From: Ignavibacteriaceae bacterium
Lineage (GTDB): Bacteria; Bacteroidota; Ignavibacteria; Ignavibacteriales; Ignavibacteriaceae
Assembly: GCA_035266865.1 (NCBI GenBank)
Contig: DATFMR010000098.1
Span: 3,952-67,951, forward strand
Length of the DNA: 64,000 nucleotides
Direction of reading: 5' to 3'
The notes under the pieces were generated by a model. That model worked only from the letters and a program-made list of their open reading frames with translations. It did not search any database and had not been told where the DNA came from. Position numbers and translations under genes: made by a program. Of the stretch, positions 48,007 to 57,828 are shown in pieces; position 1 is the stretch's first letter; each line of letters starts with the position of its first letter.

Positions 48007-48703
48007 TTTTTAAAATTGGCCTGTATGTTCCAACAGGGATATCAACTTCAAAATTTCCAAATACAGACCTATTCAATGATGTAACTGTATAACCGAGTGC
48101 CTTAAACATATTTTTAACAAAATGGTTTCTCCCTTCAACAGTTACAACTTCGATACCTTTTTTAGACGACACTTTTGTGAATTTCAAACTTTTGAATTTT
48201 CCGCGCACTCCATCAATAAATACGCCTTTCAATAATTTTTTTTCATCTTCAGGTTCAAGATCACGATCAATGGTAACCTGGTAAGTCCGGGGTACGTGGT
48301 TGCTTGGGTGTGTTAATAAATTAGAAAAATCACCATCATTTGTAAGAATTAAAACTCCGGTAGTGTTGTAATCTAATCTGCCAACCGGGAATATTTTTTC
48401 CTTAGAATTAATAATATCAATTACTGTCATCCTGTTTTTTTCATCACTTGTAGTTGTAACTACACCTTTTGGTTTATTCAATAAAAAATAAAGATGCTTT
48501 TTAGGAGCAATTTTTTCTCCGTCAAAAAAGACTTCATCATTTTCAGGATCAACTTTAAATGAGAGTTGTTTGATTATCTTATTATTAACAGATATTCTTC
48601 CCTGTAAAATTAGTTCTTCAGATTTTCTTCGGGATGTGATACCGCTATCGGCAATAAATTTATTCAGCCTGATCATCGTTTGCCTGTTCTTCGGGTGATT
48701 CAT
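47972..48703 (-). CDS. rluB: RsuA/RluB-family pseudouridine synthase
   Basis: S4 domain (LNKFIADSGITSRR) and catalytic GRLDYNTTG. Confidence 0.85.
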   Translation of the reverse strand: MNHPKNRQTMIRLNKFIADSGITSRRKSEELILQGRISVNNKIIKQLSFKVDPENDEVFFDGEKIAPKKHLYFLLNKPKGVVTTTSDEKNRMTVIDIINSKEKIFPVGRLDYNTTGVLILTNDGDFSNLLTHPSNHVPRTYQVTIDRDLEPEDEKKLLKGVFIDGVRGKFKSLKFTKVSSKKGIEVVTVEGRNHFVKNMFKALGYTVTSLNRSVFGNFEVDIPVGTYRPILKNEIKKAIETYG

Positions 48704-49313
48704 TTTCAGCAGTTTCCTCGATCAAGTTCATCATCAATCTATTCTTTTGTTCAATAAAATCTTCATCCTGCATAATCTCTTCTATTTCTCTTGGCTTAGG
48801 CAGATCACTTAATTTATTTAATGCAAAATATTTTAAAAATTCATCAGTTGTTGAATATAAAAGCGGACGCCCAATAGTTTCCGCCCTCCCTTTTATAGCA
48901 ATAAGATTTTTTTCAAGAAGCGTATTCATTATATAATCAGAGTTAACACCCCTGATTGATTCAAGTTCAGGCTTTGTAATTGGCTGCTTATATGCCACAA
49001 TTGCGAGAGTTTCCAGAGCTGCCTGGCTCAATCTCCTTTTACTTTTTTCTGAGGATAGATAGCCGATATACTTTGCATATTCGGGCAAAGTTGCAAAAAG
49101 AAATCCACCTGCAATTCTAATAATCCTATAAGGAGTTTTTCTTTCTTCATAATCTGCATTTATTTTATCAATACAACTTTCAATATCATTATTTGATATT
49201 TCTGTCTCTTCGCCATCAATTCCTTTGATAGCTCTTATTAATTCAGTAGATGAGATTTGTTCATCCGACGAAAATATTAATGCTTCTATAATTGAATTAT
49301 ATATTTTGTCCAT
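48660..49313 (-). CDS. scpB: segregation and condensation protein B
   Basis: ScpB winged-helix repeats (ALETLAIVAYKQPITKPELESIRG). Confidence 0.9.
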   Translation of the reverse strand: MDKIYNSIIEALIFSSDEQISSTELIRAIKGIDGEETEISNNDIESCIDKINADYEERKTPYRIIRIAGGFLFATLPEYAKYIGYLSSEKSKRRLSQAALETLAIVAYKQPITKPELESIRGVNSDYIMNTLLEKNLIAIKGRAETIGRPLLYSTTDEFLKYFALNKLSDLPKPREIEEIMQDEDFIEQKNRLMMNLIEETAENESPEEQANDDQAE

Positions 49314-50025
49314 TTTCTAATTTATATATTATAAATTCGTTAAACTCTGGTGATTCTTTAATTCCGATTTTAGACATTTTTACAAGTTCAAGCAGCGCAA
49401 TAAATGTAATAACTATTCTTATTTTTTCTCTCATTTCACCAATAATACTCATAAAATGGAGCTCTTTAAATTCATCTAATTTATTGAAGATGAATTTAAT
49501 TTGTTCATCTATAGTAATATTTATTTTTCTTATTTCGTGCATAGGCTGCGGTTTAGCTTCTTCCAAAACTTTTTTAAATGCTTTTGCAAGATCAAAAAGA
49601 GTTACATTTTTTAGGAGCATTTCATAGTCGGGAGGACTTTCTTTTTCATCTTCTTCAAAATTTCCTCTAAAGTTTAACCTTCTCTGGTTTGATTCAAGAA
49701 AGGTAAGTTCTTCAGCCATTTCCTTGTATCTTTTATATTCCAGCAAAGCTCTTATTAATTCAGCACGCGGATCAATCTCTTCTCCCTTTTCGTCAATTTC
49801 GCGAGGTAAGAGCATTCTCACTTTAATATGCATTAACGTTGATGCCATCAAAATGAAATCACCCGCAGTTTCGAGATCAAGCAATTGAATTATTTTAACA
49901 TAGTCCAAAAATTCTTTTGTGATCCTCGCAATTGGAATATCATATATATTCAATTCATCTCTCTTTATAAAAAAGAGAAGCAAATCAAGCGGACCTTCAA
50001 AATGGTCTAATTTAATTTTATACAT
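49297..50025 (-). CDS. scpA: segregation and condensation protein A
   Basis: The N-terminal FEGPLDLLLFFIKR is typical of ScpA/kleisin. Confidence 0.9.
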   Translation of the reverse strand: MYKIKLDHFEGPLDLLLFFIKRDELNIYDIPIARITKEFLDYVKIIQLLDLETAGDFILMASTLMHIKVRMLLPREIDEKGEEIDPRAELIRALLEYKRYKEMAEELTFLESNQRRLNFRGNFEEDEKESPPDYEMLLKNVTLFDLAKAFKKVLEEAKPQPMHEIRKINITIDEQIKFIFNKLDEFKELHFMSIIGEMREKIRIVITFIALLELVKMSKIGIKESPEFNEFIIYKLENGQNI

Positions 50026-51005
50026 TAGCCCATTCCCATTTTTTGATGAACGTCATTCATTGTGTCTTCAGCAATTTTCCTTCCTCTATTTTCACCATCT
50101 GCGAGAATATCTTTTACTACACCTAAATTATTTTCAAAATAATTCCTTTTTTCACGGATCGGTTCAAGAAATTCTGAAATTTTCGATGCACATTTCATTT
50201 TGCAATCAAAACAACCCAGAGCACCAGACCTGCAACCCGATTCAATTTCTACTACTTCATCTTCATTAAATTTTTTATGATAAGAATAAACAAGACAAAT
50301 ATCCGGATTACCGGGGTCTCCTTTTCTAACTTTATTCGGATCAGTAACGGCTTTTTTCAATTTTGTTTTTACTATTTCTGAATCATCAGATAATAAAATA
50401 GTATTTCCTAATGATTTACTCATTTTTGCATTTCCATCCAAACCGGGCAGCCTTGCAAACTTAGTCAATTTTGGCTCAGGCTCTGGAAAAACATTGCCAT
50501 ACTGATTATTAAATTTCCTTGCAATTTCTCTTGATATTTCTACGTGCGGAACCTGGTCTTCACCAACCGGAACTGCATCACCTTTATATAACAAAATGTC
50601 CGCAGCCTGTAAAACAGGATATCCTAAATGTCCAAAAATTATATTATCAATATTTAGATCTCTAACCTGGTCTTTTAAAGTTGGATTTCTCTCCAATCTA
50701 TTTACTGTTATCAACATAGCAAAAATCAGGTTTAATTCAGTATGCTGTTTTATTTGCGATTGCCTGAACATCGGACTTTTTTCCGGATTGAGTCCTGCTG
50801 AGAGCCAATCTATTAACATATCAATAGAGTCCTGGTAAATATTAGTCGTATCAAGACTTGTAGTTAAAGCATGGTAATCGGCAATTAAATGAAAATTATC
50901 GTATTCATCTTGTAATTTAACCCAATTTTCAAGCGCTCCAACATAATGCCCGATGTGCAGCTTGCCTGTCGGACGCATTCCACTAAGAATTCTTTTTTTC
51001 GGCAT
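50025..51005 (-). CDS. trpS: tryptophan--tRNA ligase
   Basis: HIGHY and KMSKS class I motifs. 326 aa. Confidence 0.95.
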   Translation of the reverse strand: MPKKRILSGMRPTGKLHIGHYVGALENWVKLQDEYDNFHLIADYHALTTSLDTTNIYQDSIDMLIDWLSAGLNPEKSPMFRQSQIKQHTELNLIFAMLITVNRLERNPTLKDQVRDLNIDNIIFGHLGYPVLQAADILLYKGDAVPVGEDQVPHVEISREIARKFNNQYGNVFPEPEPKLTKFARLPGLDGNAKMSKSLGNTILLSDDSEIVKTKLKKAVTDPNKVRKGDPGNPDICLVYSYHKKFNEDEVVEIESGCRSGALGCFDCKMKCASKISEFLEPIREKRNYFENNLGVVKDILADGENRGRKIAEDTMNDVHQKMGMG

Positions 51006-51101
51006 AATCCAGTAAACTATTTAGAAATTGATTAAATAAAATAATAATAAAGAGCTTAATAATCTGCAATTTAATGGTGGGACCAAGAATTAGTGAACAA
51101 A

Positions 51102-51599
51102 TTAAGCAAGATATAAATATGGCTTCCAGTTTTCATCAAGCTTGCCAACAACATTCTTGATAAACATTATATGACTTGGTTTGAAAGGTTTGTAAAGCAA
51201 ATCAAGATTTGCTTCTTCAGGGGTCCTGTCACCTTTTTTATTATTGCAGGAAGTACAAGCACATACCAGGTTTTCCCATGAATCAACACCACCACGAGCT
51301 TTTGGAACAACGTGGTCAATAGTTAGGGGTAAATCACTTCTGCCGCAGTATGCACATTTATAAGCATCGCGGCGCAAAATATTTTTTCTGGTTAAAACTA
51401 CTTTTTTATATGGAATTGCTACAAAACGGCTGAGGCGTATTATGCTTGGCCAGGGGTAATTCCTGGATACTGATCTAAGTTGTTTTCTTTTATCTTCAAA
51501 AACCAGCTCAGCTTTGCCAAGATAGATTAAAATTACTGCTTTTTTAATATTGCAGATTGTAAGCGGTTCATAACTTTGATTCAGTATAAGGACCTTTGC
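51102..51599 (-). CDS. HNH endonuclease; start codon unresolved
   Basis: The HNH core (DHVVPKARGG...WENLVCACTSCNNKK) lies in track ORF 51102-51377. My own translation of the same frame upstream gives AKVLILNQSYEPLTICNIKKAVILIYLGKAELV..., the conserved N-domain of this family. The frame is open to 51686 but contains no ATG, GTG or TTG. Confidence 0.7.
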   Translation of the reverse strand, partial: AKVLILNQSYEPLTICNIKKAVILIYLGKAELVFEDKRKQLRSVSRNYPWPSIIRLSRFVAIPYKKVVLTRKNILRRDAYKCAYCGRSDLPLTIDHVVPKARGGVDSWENLVCACTSCNNKKGDRTPEEANLDLLYKPFKPSHIMFIKNVVGKLDENWKPYLYLA

Positions 51600-51645
51600 G
51601 TTTAGTTTACCGTTTACGTGTTTGGAAGATTCGAAGACTGCCTCC

Positions 51646-51855
51646 TTATCCTTTCCTTTCCTGAATTGTAAAATAAATTCGTAATATTATTCTAATTAGA
51701 AAAAGCAGAACAGATATTCCAACTACAATTTTGAAATATTCTACAGGTAATATTTTTGTGAGCATAAGTACTAATAAAACACTAACAATTCCAATAGAAA
51801 AATATGTAAATAAGTCGAAGTTACGCTTTGTTAATATTTTACTTATAGTGCTCAC
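51646..51855 (-). CDS. small two-TM membrane protein, hypothetical
   Basis: 69-aa GTG-start ORF with two hydrophobic helices. Confidence 0.35.
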   Translation of the reverse strand: MSTISKILTKRNFDLFTYFSIGIVSVLLVLMLTKILPVEYFKIVVGISVLLFLIRIILRIYFTIQERKG

Positions 51856-51954
51856 TTAATCCAAATTATATTTTTAACTTGGAAATATATACAATTTAAG
51901 GTATATAATTCAATACTAAATTTAAGAGAAGTAAATATGGGTTTTATCTGGTTT

Positions 51955-52338
51955 TCAGGCTTCAGTTATTTTATAAACTATAGCCATACAAACTACGTAA
52001 TCCCTGGAATGGCTGATGGAAATTTTGAGGTTTTTATCTTTTGAAAGAAAGTCTTTTAATTTGCCAGTCAAAGTAACAACGGGCATCCCATTTGGTGTAT
52101 TTGAGATTTCTATGTCCTGCCAGGTTGCGACTTCGTGCCATCCGGTGGTAAGTGCCTTGTAAACTGCTTCTTTTGCTGCAAACCTGGCTGCTAAGTGCTG
52201 GTATTTACTGCTTTTGCTAAGACAATATTCCAATTCTGATTTAGTATATATCTTATTTAAAAATTTATCCCCGTATTTATCTACGCTATCCTGTATCCTG
52301 CTGATTTCAATAATATCTACGCCAACACCCATAATCAT
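51955..52338 (-). CDS. acpS: holo-[acyl-carrier-protein] synthase
   Basis: GVDIIEISRI and FAAKEAVYKAL motifs. Confidence 0.9.
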   Translation of the reverse strand: MIMGVGVDIIEISRIQDSVDKYGDKFLNKIYTKSELEYCLSKSSKYQHLAARFAAKEAVYKALTTGWHEVATWQDIEISNTPNGMPVVTLTGKLKDFLSKDKNLKISISHSRDYVVCMAIVYKITEA

Positions 52339-52353
52339 AATAGACCTCTAAAA

Positions 52354-54102
52354 TTAATAACCAATAACTGAACCACTGCCCCTCGGATCGGAAGCGCCAT
52401 AAATTGTCTTTTTATTATTATCTATTAATATCCCTTCTGCAATTCCAATAAATTCATCATTTTCTGTAAGGTTTACAAATTTGTAGCCCATCTTTTCAAG
52501 AATATTATATGTATCATCAGAAAAAGCAAATCTCTCATAATACAATTCATCAGGGTACCATTGATCGTGAATTCTCGGTAGATCTATTGCCTGCTGAATA
52601 TTCATTTTAAAATCTATACAATTTAATATAACCTGCAAAACCGTTGTGATAATTTTGGAGCCCCCAGGCGAGCCAACAACGATATATGGCTTATCATCTT
52701 TCAGAACTATTGTCGGAGTCATTGAACTCAACATTCTTTTTTCAGGTTCAATTGAATTTGCTTCACTTCCTAACAATCCAAATTGATTAGGTACTCCGGG
52801 TTTAACGCTAAAGTCATCCATTTCATTGTTCAATAAAAATCCTGCCCCTTCAACAACAACCTTCGAGCCAAAAGTTGAATTAATGGTTGTAGTGGTACTT
52901 ACTGCATTACCAAATTTATCGTAGACTGAATAATGAGTTGTTTGATCGCTTTCGACAAATTTATTCGGATCACCTCTTTTTATTTCGTTTGCGGGAACTG
53001 CTTTATCTTCATATTTCTCAATTTTATCGTATATGCTTCTTGCATATTGTTTTGAAATTAATCCTTCCCTGGGTACGGGATAAAAATCATCATCCCCTAA
53101 ATCATAAGTTCTGTCAGCATAAACATATTTCATAGCTTCAGCAAGGTGATGAATATATTTGCTGCTTCCCCAATCATTCATTGAGATATTATAATTTTCT
53201 AAAATATTTAAAAACTCAATTAATGCTATTCCCCCCGAGCTTGGTGGAGGCATTGATACAATCTTATATCCCCTGTAAGTTCCGGTTACTGGTTCTCTCT
53301 CTTTAACATCATATTTTTCAAGATCGTCCTTAGTGAGAGAACCACCCATTGATTTAATCTGATTAATCAAAAGTTCTGCTACTTTCCCCTGGTAAAAACC
53401 ATCCGCTCCCTTTTCTTTAATTTGTTGAAGTGTCCATGCAAGTTCAGGCTGTTTAAATACATCTCCTTTTTTAAATAGTTCTCTATTATTTAAAAATATT
53501 TTTGCGGAAGATGGATATTTTATAAACTCTCCAGCATATTTATTAAATAGTTTTGCATCATATTCACTCATAATCCAGCCGTTTTTAGCAAGATCAATTG
53601 CAGGCTGAATTACTTCTTCAAGAGATAAGGCTCCATAATTTTCTAATGCATCAATTAAACCAGCAACACTTCCAGGCACTCCTGCTGATGTTGTTCCTTC
53701 CAGGCTGGACCCTTCAATATAATTTCCATTTTCATCCAGGTACATATTTTTAGTTGCACTTAAAGGAGCTTTTTCCCTGAAATCTATTGAAACATTTTTC
53801 CCATTTGCAAGATGAATTACCATAAATCCCCCACCCCCAATATTTCCAGCAGAAGGGAAAGTTACAGCTAATGTAAATCCAACTGCTACAGCAGCATCAA
53901 TAGCATTGCCACCTTTTTTTAGGATATCTATCCCAACTTTGGATGCGTAGGAACTTGCAGATACAACCATTCCATTTTTACTATGTAAAGGTTGGTGGGA
54001 TTGTGGATATAAATTTGTAGAGGAAGCTAAAAATATGAAGGCAAAAGATAATAGATTTATTTTAGAATATACTGATGTGCGCGTCAACATTAACTCCTTC
54101 AT
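52354..54102 (-). CDS. ggt: gamma-glutamyltransferase
   Basis: Signal peptide, autoprocessing/catalytic DQTTHYSV and C-terminal GASDPRG. Confidence 0.9.
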   Translation of the reverse strand: MKELMLTRTSVYSKINLLSFAFIFLASSTNLYPQSHQPLHSKNGMVVSASSYASKVGIDILKKGGNAIDAAVAVGFTLAVTFPSAGNIGGGGFMVIHLANGKNVSIDFREKAPLSATKNMYLDENGNYIEGSSLEGTTSAGVPGSVAGLIDALENYGALSLEEVIQPAIDLAKNGWIMSEYDAKLFNKYAGEFIKYPSSAKIFLNNRELFKKGDVFKQPELAWTLQQIKEKGADGFYQGKVAELLINQIKSMGGSLTKDDLEKYDVKEREPVTGTYRGYKIVSMPPPSSGGIALIEFLNILENYNISMNDWGSSKYIHHLAEAMKYVYADRTYDLGDDDFYPVPREGLISKQYARSIYDKIEKYEDKAVPANEIKRGDPNKFVESDQTTHYSVYDKFGNAVSTTTTINSTFGSKVVVEGAGFLLNNEMDDFSVKPGVPNQFGLLGSEANSIEPEKRMLSSMTPTIVLKDDKPYIVVGSPGGSKIITTVLQVILNCIDFKMNIQQAIDLPRIHDQWYPDELYYERFAFSDDTYNILEKMGYKFVNLTENDEFIGIAEGILIDNNKKTIYGASDPRGSGSVIGY

Positions 54103-54976
54103 CTTTAAGCTGCTGAATTAATATTTTGGTAAGATCGTTTAATTGTTTTATTGATTCACCTAAATTTTTATAGAACTCATCGTCATAAAGAATTCTTCCA
54201 AGATTATTCTGTTTATTCGTTGTCTGATCTGCAAGCAGGTTCAACTTTGAAATAAGAGTATCGGTTTTTTGCAAAGTAGTATTTAGGTTGCTCAATGATG
54301 AACTTAAATTGGATTTATTTTCATCTATAAGGGATTTTGCATTTTTAGTAAGTTGATTGCTATTTTCAATTAATTGCTTTATTTGTGAACTGTTTTGATC
54401 CAATATCAGATTTATTTTTTCAGTTAGTGAGCTTAAATTAGATAATGAGCTCTTCACATCTGAATGAAGTTTTTCATCAGTTAAATAATTATTGAGAGAA
54501 TTGAGAGTTACTTTAATATCTTTCAAAGTTGAAGCCATATCATCCTGCATATCTCCTACCATTGACATTACGGAAGGTATATCAGCAGAAAATTTACCTT
54601 CGTGGACTTTCGAATAGTCAAAAGGAATTCCGGAACTTCCGGGCTCAATATCAATTCTCTTTCCTCCCATTAAATCAAGCATTGCAACCTGGAAACTGGC
54701 ATCTTCATTTAGTGAAATCGAATTATTTAAAGAAACAGTTACGTAAACTTTGTTTTCTTTTGTCATCAATTCCTTTACATTACCTTCACGAACTCCGTTT
54801 ACAGTGACATTATCTCCAACTTCAAGGCCGGCAACATTATCAAATGCAATTGTTGTGATTTTGTTATCTGAAACAAAGCTGAAATTCTTAGCCCAGCCTA
54901 ATATCCACAAAAAGACCAAAATGCTGATAATAACTGTAATGCCAACTCTAATTTCAATTTTCCGTTGATCTTTCAT
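54062..54976 (-). CDS. MlaD/MCE-domain protein
   Basis: N-terminal TM helix, an MCE domain (GLEVGDNVTVNGVREG) and a long C-terminal coiled coil. Confidence 0.8.
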   Translation of the reverse strand: MKDQRKIEIRVGITVIISILVFLWILGWAKNFSFVSDNKITTIAFDNVAGLEVGDNVTVNGVREGNVKELMTKENKVYVTVSLNNSISLNEDASFQVAMLDLMGGKRIDIEPGSSGIPFDYSKVHEGKFSADIPSVMSMVGDMQDDMASTLKDIKVTLNSLNNYLTDEKLHSDVKSSLSNLSSLTEKINLILDQNSSQIKQLIENSNQLTKNAKSLIDENKSNLSSSLSNLNTTLQKTDTLISKLNLLADQTTNKQNNLGRILYDDEFYKNLGESIKQLNDLTKILIQQLKDEGVNVDAHISIF

Positions 54977-55334
54977 CCGATGACCTGATTTTAATAAATT
55001 TCTTGATGTTATCTAATTCTTCATTTGTTATTACACTATCTACAGAAATAGACTGAATTTTTTGAATGAAATCTTTAATTGAATCGTCAGAAAGTTCTTC
55101 TAAATCTTTTACGTCGTTTGCATAATTCTTAACCAGAGTTAAAAGAGAATCTTTTTGACTCGATTCTTTCACAAACTTTATATTTTTGCTCAAATTTTCA
55201 ATAAATAAAGGGACAATAATTTTTTTACTTGGGCCGAGCAAATATTCATTAAATTTGTTTTGAATTATATAAGTGATAGCGGCAACAAGTATTGTCAAAA
55301 TAGCAATTACTTTTAAGAAACATCCTTTTTTCAT
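54954..55334 (-). CDS. hypothetical membrane-anchored protein
   Basis: 126-aa ORF with an N-terminal hydrophobic helix. No motif recognised. Confidence 0.45.
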   Translation of the reverse strand: MKKGCFLKVIAILTILVAAITYIIQNKFNEYLLGPSKKIIVPLFIENLSKNIKFVKESSQKDSLLTLVKNYANDVKDLEELSDDSIKDFIQKIQSISVDSVITNEELDNIKKFIKIRSSDERSTEN

Positions 55335-55335
55335 T

Positions 55336-56619
55336 TTATTCAGAGCTCAATTTCTCTACCAAAACTTTCTGAATCCTTTTATTGGCAACTTCTTTGACAG
55401 TAAATTTATGGTTTTCCAGTTTAAAAGAATAACCTTCTTTTGGTATATGTCCTGCATGATTCAGTACAAGCCCTCCAATGGTTTCAAAATTTTCATTATC
55501 CAATGAAATATCCAAGTTAAGCAATTCATTGAGATCATCTATTGAAAGTTTGCCTAGGACCAGGAATAAATTATCTGAAAGTTTTGAGATTGTATTTTCC
55601 TCTTTATCAAATTCATCTCTTATCTCCCCAATGATTTCTTCCAATATATCTTCCAGTGTAACAACTCCGGCAGTTCCACCGTACTCATCAACCACAACAG
55701 CAATGTGCATTTTCTTTTCCTGAAACTCCTGTAATAAATTGCTGATCATTTTCGTTTTTGGAACAAACATTGATTTTCTTGCAATCGAGGTTAGTGAAAA
55801 TTCATTATGTGATACCCCTTTTTTTATATAGGTCAAAAGATCTTTCGCATAAACAATACCAATAATATCATCCAGATCTTTTCTGAAAAGCGGTATTCTA
55901 CTATGGCCTGATTTATTTATTATTTCCAATAACTCATGAATATTTAAATCATCCGAAACTGAAACCATATCAACTCTTGGTGTCATAACTTCGTGTACTG
56001 TCACGGTGCCGAAACTTACAATGCTATGTATTAAACCTTGCTCTTCTTCGATTATGGTTCCTTTTTCGTGACTTAGTTTTGCCAATTCTGCAAGTTCTTC
56101 AGGTTTCATAGCCTTGTTAAATTTTTCAATTCTTAATTTTGAAACAGATATTTTAATAATTTCAGTAATAAATTCTGAAACAGGGTAAAGAACGGTACTC
56201 ATAAAATATAAAGGGACAGCGCACATTTTGGAAAATTTTAGTGGCTCTTTTGATGCCCAGACTTTTGGAATTAATTCACCGAATATAACTATTAAGACTG
56301 TAAGTAAAACAATTTGAAATGTAAGAGCAAGTTCATTTGATATTGAATAATATTTTGCTATATCAAGCGCCAATGAAACAGCAATGATTGACGCTGCGAC
56401 ATTAACAATTGTATTACCAATTAAAATAGTAACTAATAATCTGCGAGGATAATGAAGCAGTTGAGAAAGATATCTGCCAATAATTGGATTGGCAGATATC
56501 TCATCTTTCAGATTTTTTTTATTAAGGGAAAATAATGCTATTTCTGATCCGGAGAAAAAAGCGGAAGCAACAAATAAGGATACAATAATAATAAGTTTAA
56601 TTTGCCAATCTATATCCAA
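55336..56619 (-). CDS. CNNM/DUF21-CBS-CorC_HlyC family protein (hemolysin/Mg-Co efflux-like)
   Basis: Four N-terminal TM helices (DUF21), a CBS pair and a C-terminal CorC_HlyC region. Confidence 0.85.
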   Translation of the reverse strand: MDIDWQIKLIIIVSLFVASAFFSGSEIALFSLNKKNLKDEISANPIIGRYLSQLLHYPRRLLVTILIGNTIVNVAASIIAVSLALDIAKYYSISNELALTFQIVLLTVLIVIFGELIPKVWASKEPLKFSKMCAVPLYFMSTVLYPVSEFITEIIKISVSKLRIEKFNKAMKPEELAELAKLSHEKGTIIEEEQGLIHSIVSFGTVTVHEVMTPRVDMVSVSDDLNIHELLEIINKSGHSRIPLFRKDLDDIIGIVYAKDLLTYIKKGVSHNEFSLTSIARKSMFVPKTKMISNLLQEFQEKKMHIAVVVDEYGGTAGVVTLEDILEEIIGEIRDEFDKEENTISKLSDNLFLVLGKLSIDDLNELLNLDISLDNENFETIGGLVLNHAGHIPKEGYSFKLENHKFTVKEVANKRIQKVLVEKLSSE

Positions 56620-56654
56620 AAATTAAATTATTCCTATATAGTTAAACATACTTT

Positions 56655-57074
56655 CTAAAATGGCAGATCATCGTTATTGTCAACCTGAACATCTGGTTCA
56701 TTAACGCTTCCACTCGAAGATTCATCCCCTGAAGATACAGAGTTTGTAGATTCCAAAGGAATTAATTTATCAACTACTACATCTGTAGAATATCTTTTAT
56801 TTCCTTCTTTATCTGTATAATCTCTTTTGGTTAACCTTCCTTCGACATAGAATTTTTTCCCTTTTTTGAGATTTTCCTTATAGAAATCTGAAAGATTGAA
56901 TCCTACACAATTATGCCAGGTTGTCTCATTGACAAAATTGCCATCTTTTCCTTTGTAACTGTGGGTAGTAGCCATTGAAAAAGATGTAACAGAAACATTA
57001 TTAGTCGTGAATCTGGTTTCAGCATCCCTTCCAAGATTACCGATTAACATAATTCTGTTAAGTGAGAAAGCCAT
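56655..57074 (-). CDS. ssb: single-stranded DNA-binding protein
   Basis: OB fold starting NRIMLIGNLGRDAE and an acidic tail ending DDLPF. Confidence 0.95.
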   Translation of the reverse strand: MAFSLNRIMLIGNLGRDAETRFTTNNVSVTSFSMATTHSYKGKDGNFVNETTWHNCVGFNLSDFYKENLKKGKKFYVEGRLTKRDYTDKEGNKRYSTDVVVDKLIPLESTNSVSSGDESSSGSVNEPDVQVDNNDDLPF

Positions 57075-57184
57075 AATAAATCTCCCTTGTTTTGTGTTGA
57101 AATAGGCTAGAGTTTATAATTTACCAATTCTAAATAAAAATACCAAGCTATGACTAGGTTTTTGCATATTCGTAATCAATTATT

Positions 57185-57634
57185 TCATTTTTTAACGGTT
57201 ACTATCCAGGCATCATTAAATTTATCCATTTTCCATAACTCATTTCTAACACTTTCGGCTTCTTCTTTAGTCGTATATGGAGGAGTCAATTGTACAACAA
57301 ACAATTTTACGTTTTCACTATAAGATATTTCAATATCATGCTTTAAAAGATTCTTAGCCACTTCCATAAAATTTTCTGCCTTTTCTTTTGTAGTAAATGC
57401 CCCAATTTGGACCACATAATAAGTTATTTCTATTTTAGGCGGAGTAACTTTAGGCTGCTGAACCAATGTATCTTTTGGTGCATTAGTCACAGGCACTTCG
57501 TCAAATACATAAACAGAATCTGCCTTTGTGGCCTGCATATCTTCGTTGGAACTGTCGTTGCTTGCACTACAGGATATAATTGTTATAGCAAGTAATAAAA
57601 ATATAGACCCAAATAATAAATGATTTTTCTTCAT
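57185..57634 (-). CDS. SPOR-domain lipoprotein
   Basis: Lipobox-like ITIISCS and a C-terminal SPOR domain (YYVVQIGAFTTKEKAENF...VVQLTPPYTTKEEAE). Confidence 0.75.
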   Translation of the reverse strand: MKKNHLLFGSIFLLLAITIISCSASNDSSNEDMQATKADSVYVFDEVPVTNAPKDTLVQQPKVTPPKIEITYYVVQIGAFTTKEKAENFMEVAKNLLKHDIEISYSENVKLFVVQLTPPYTTKEEAESVRNELWKMDKFNDAWIVTVKK

Positions 57635-57828
57635 TTTTTCTCACTTATTTAATTCTTCATAAAAAAGTGACTGAAAAATAATTACATAAATTAAAATAAG
57701 TTATTCCTTTCTGTAATCAAAATAAGTTCTTAAAAAGTAAACTATACTTATATCCTCTTTGTAATTTATTTACCATATTGATATTCGTAAATACATTTTT
57801 ATTACAAATAAATAATAACAGGTAGATA

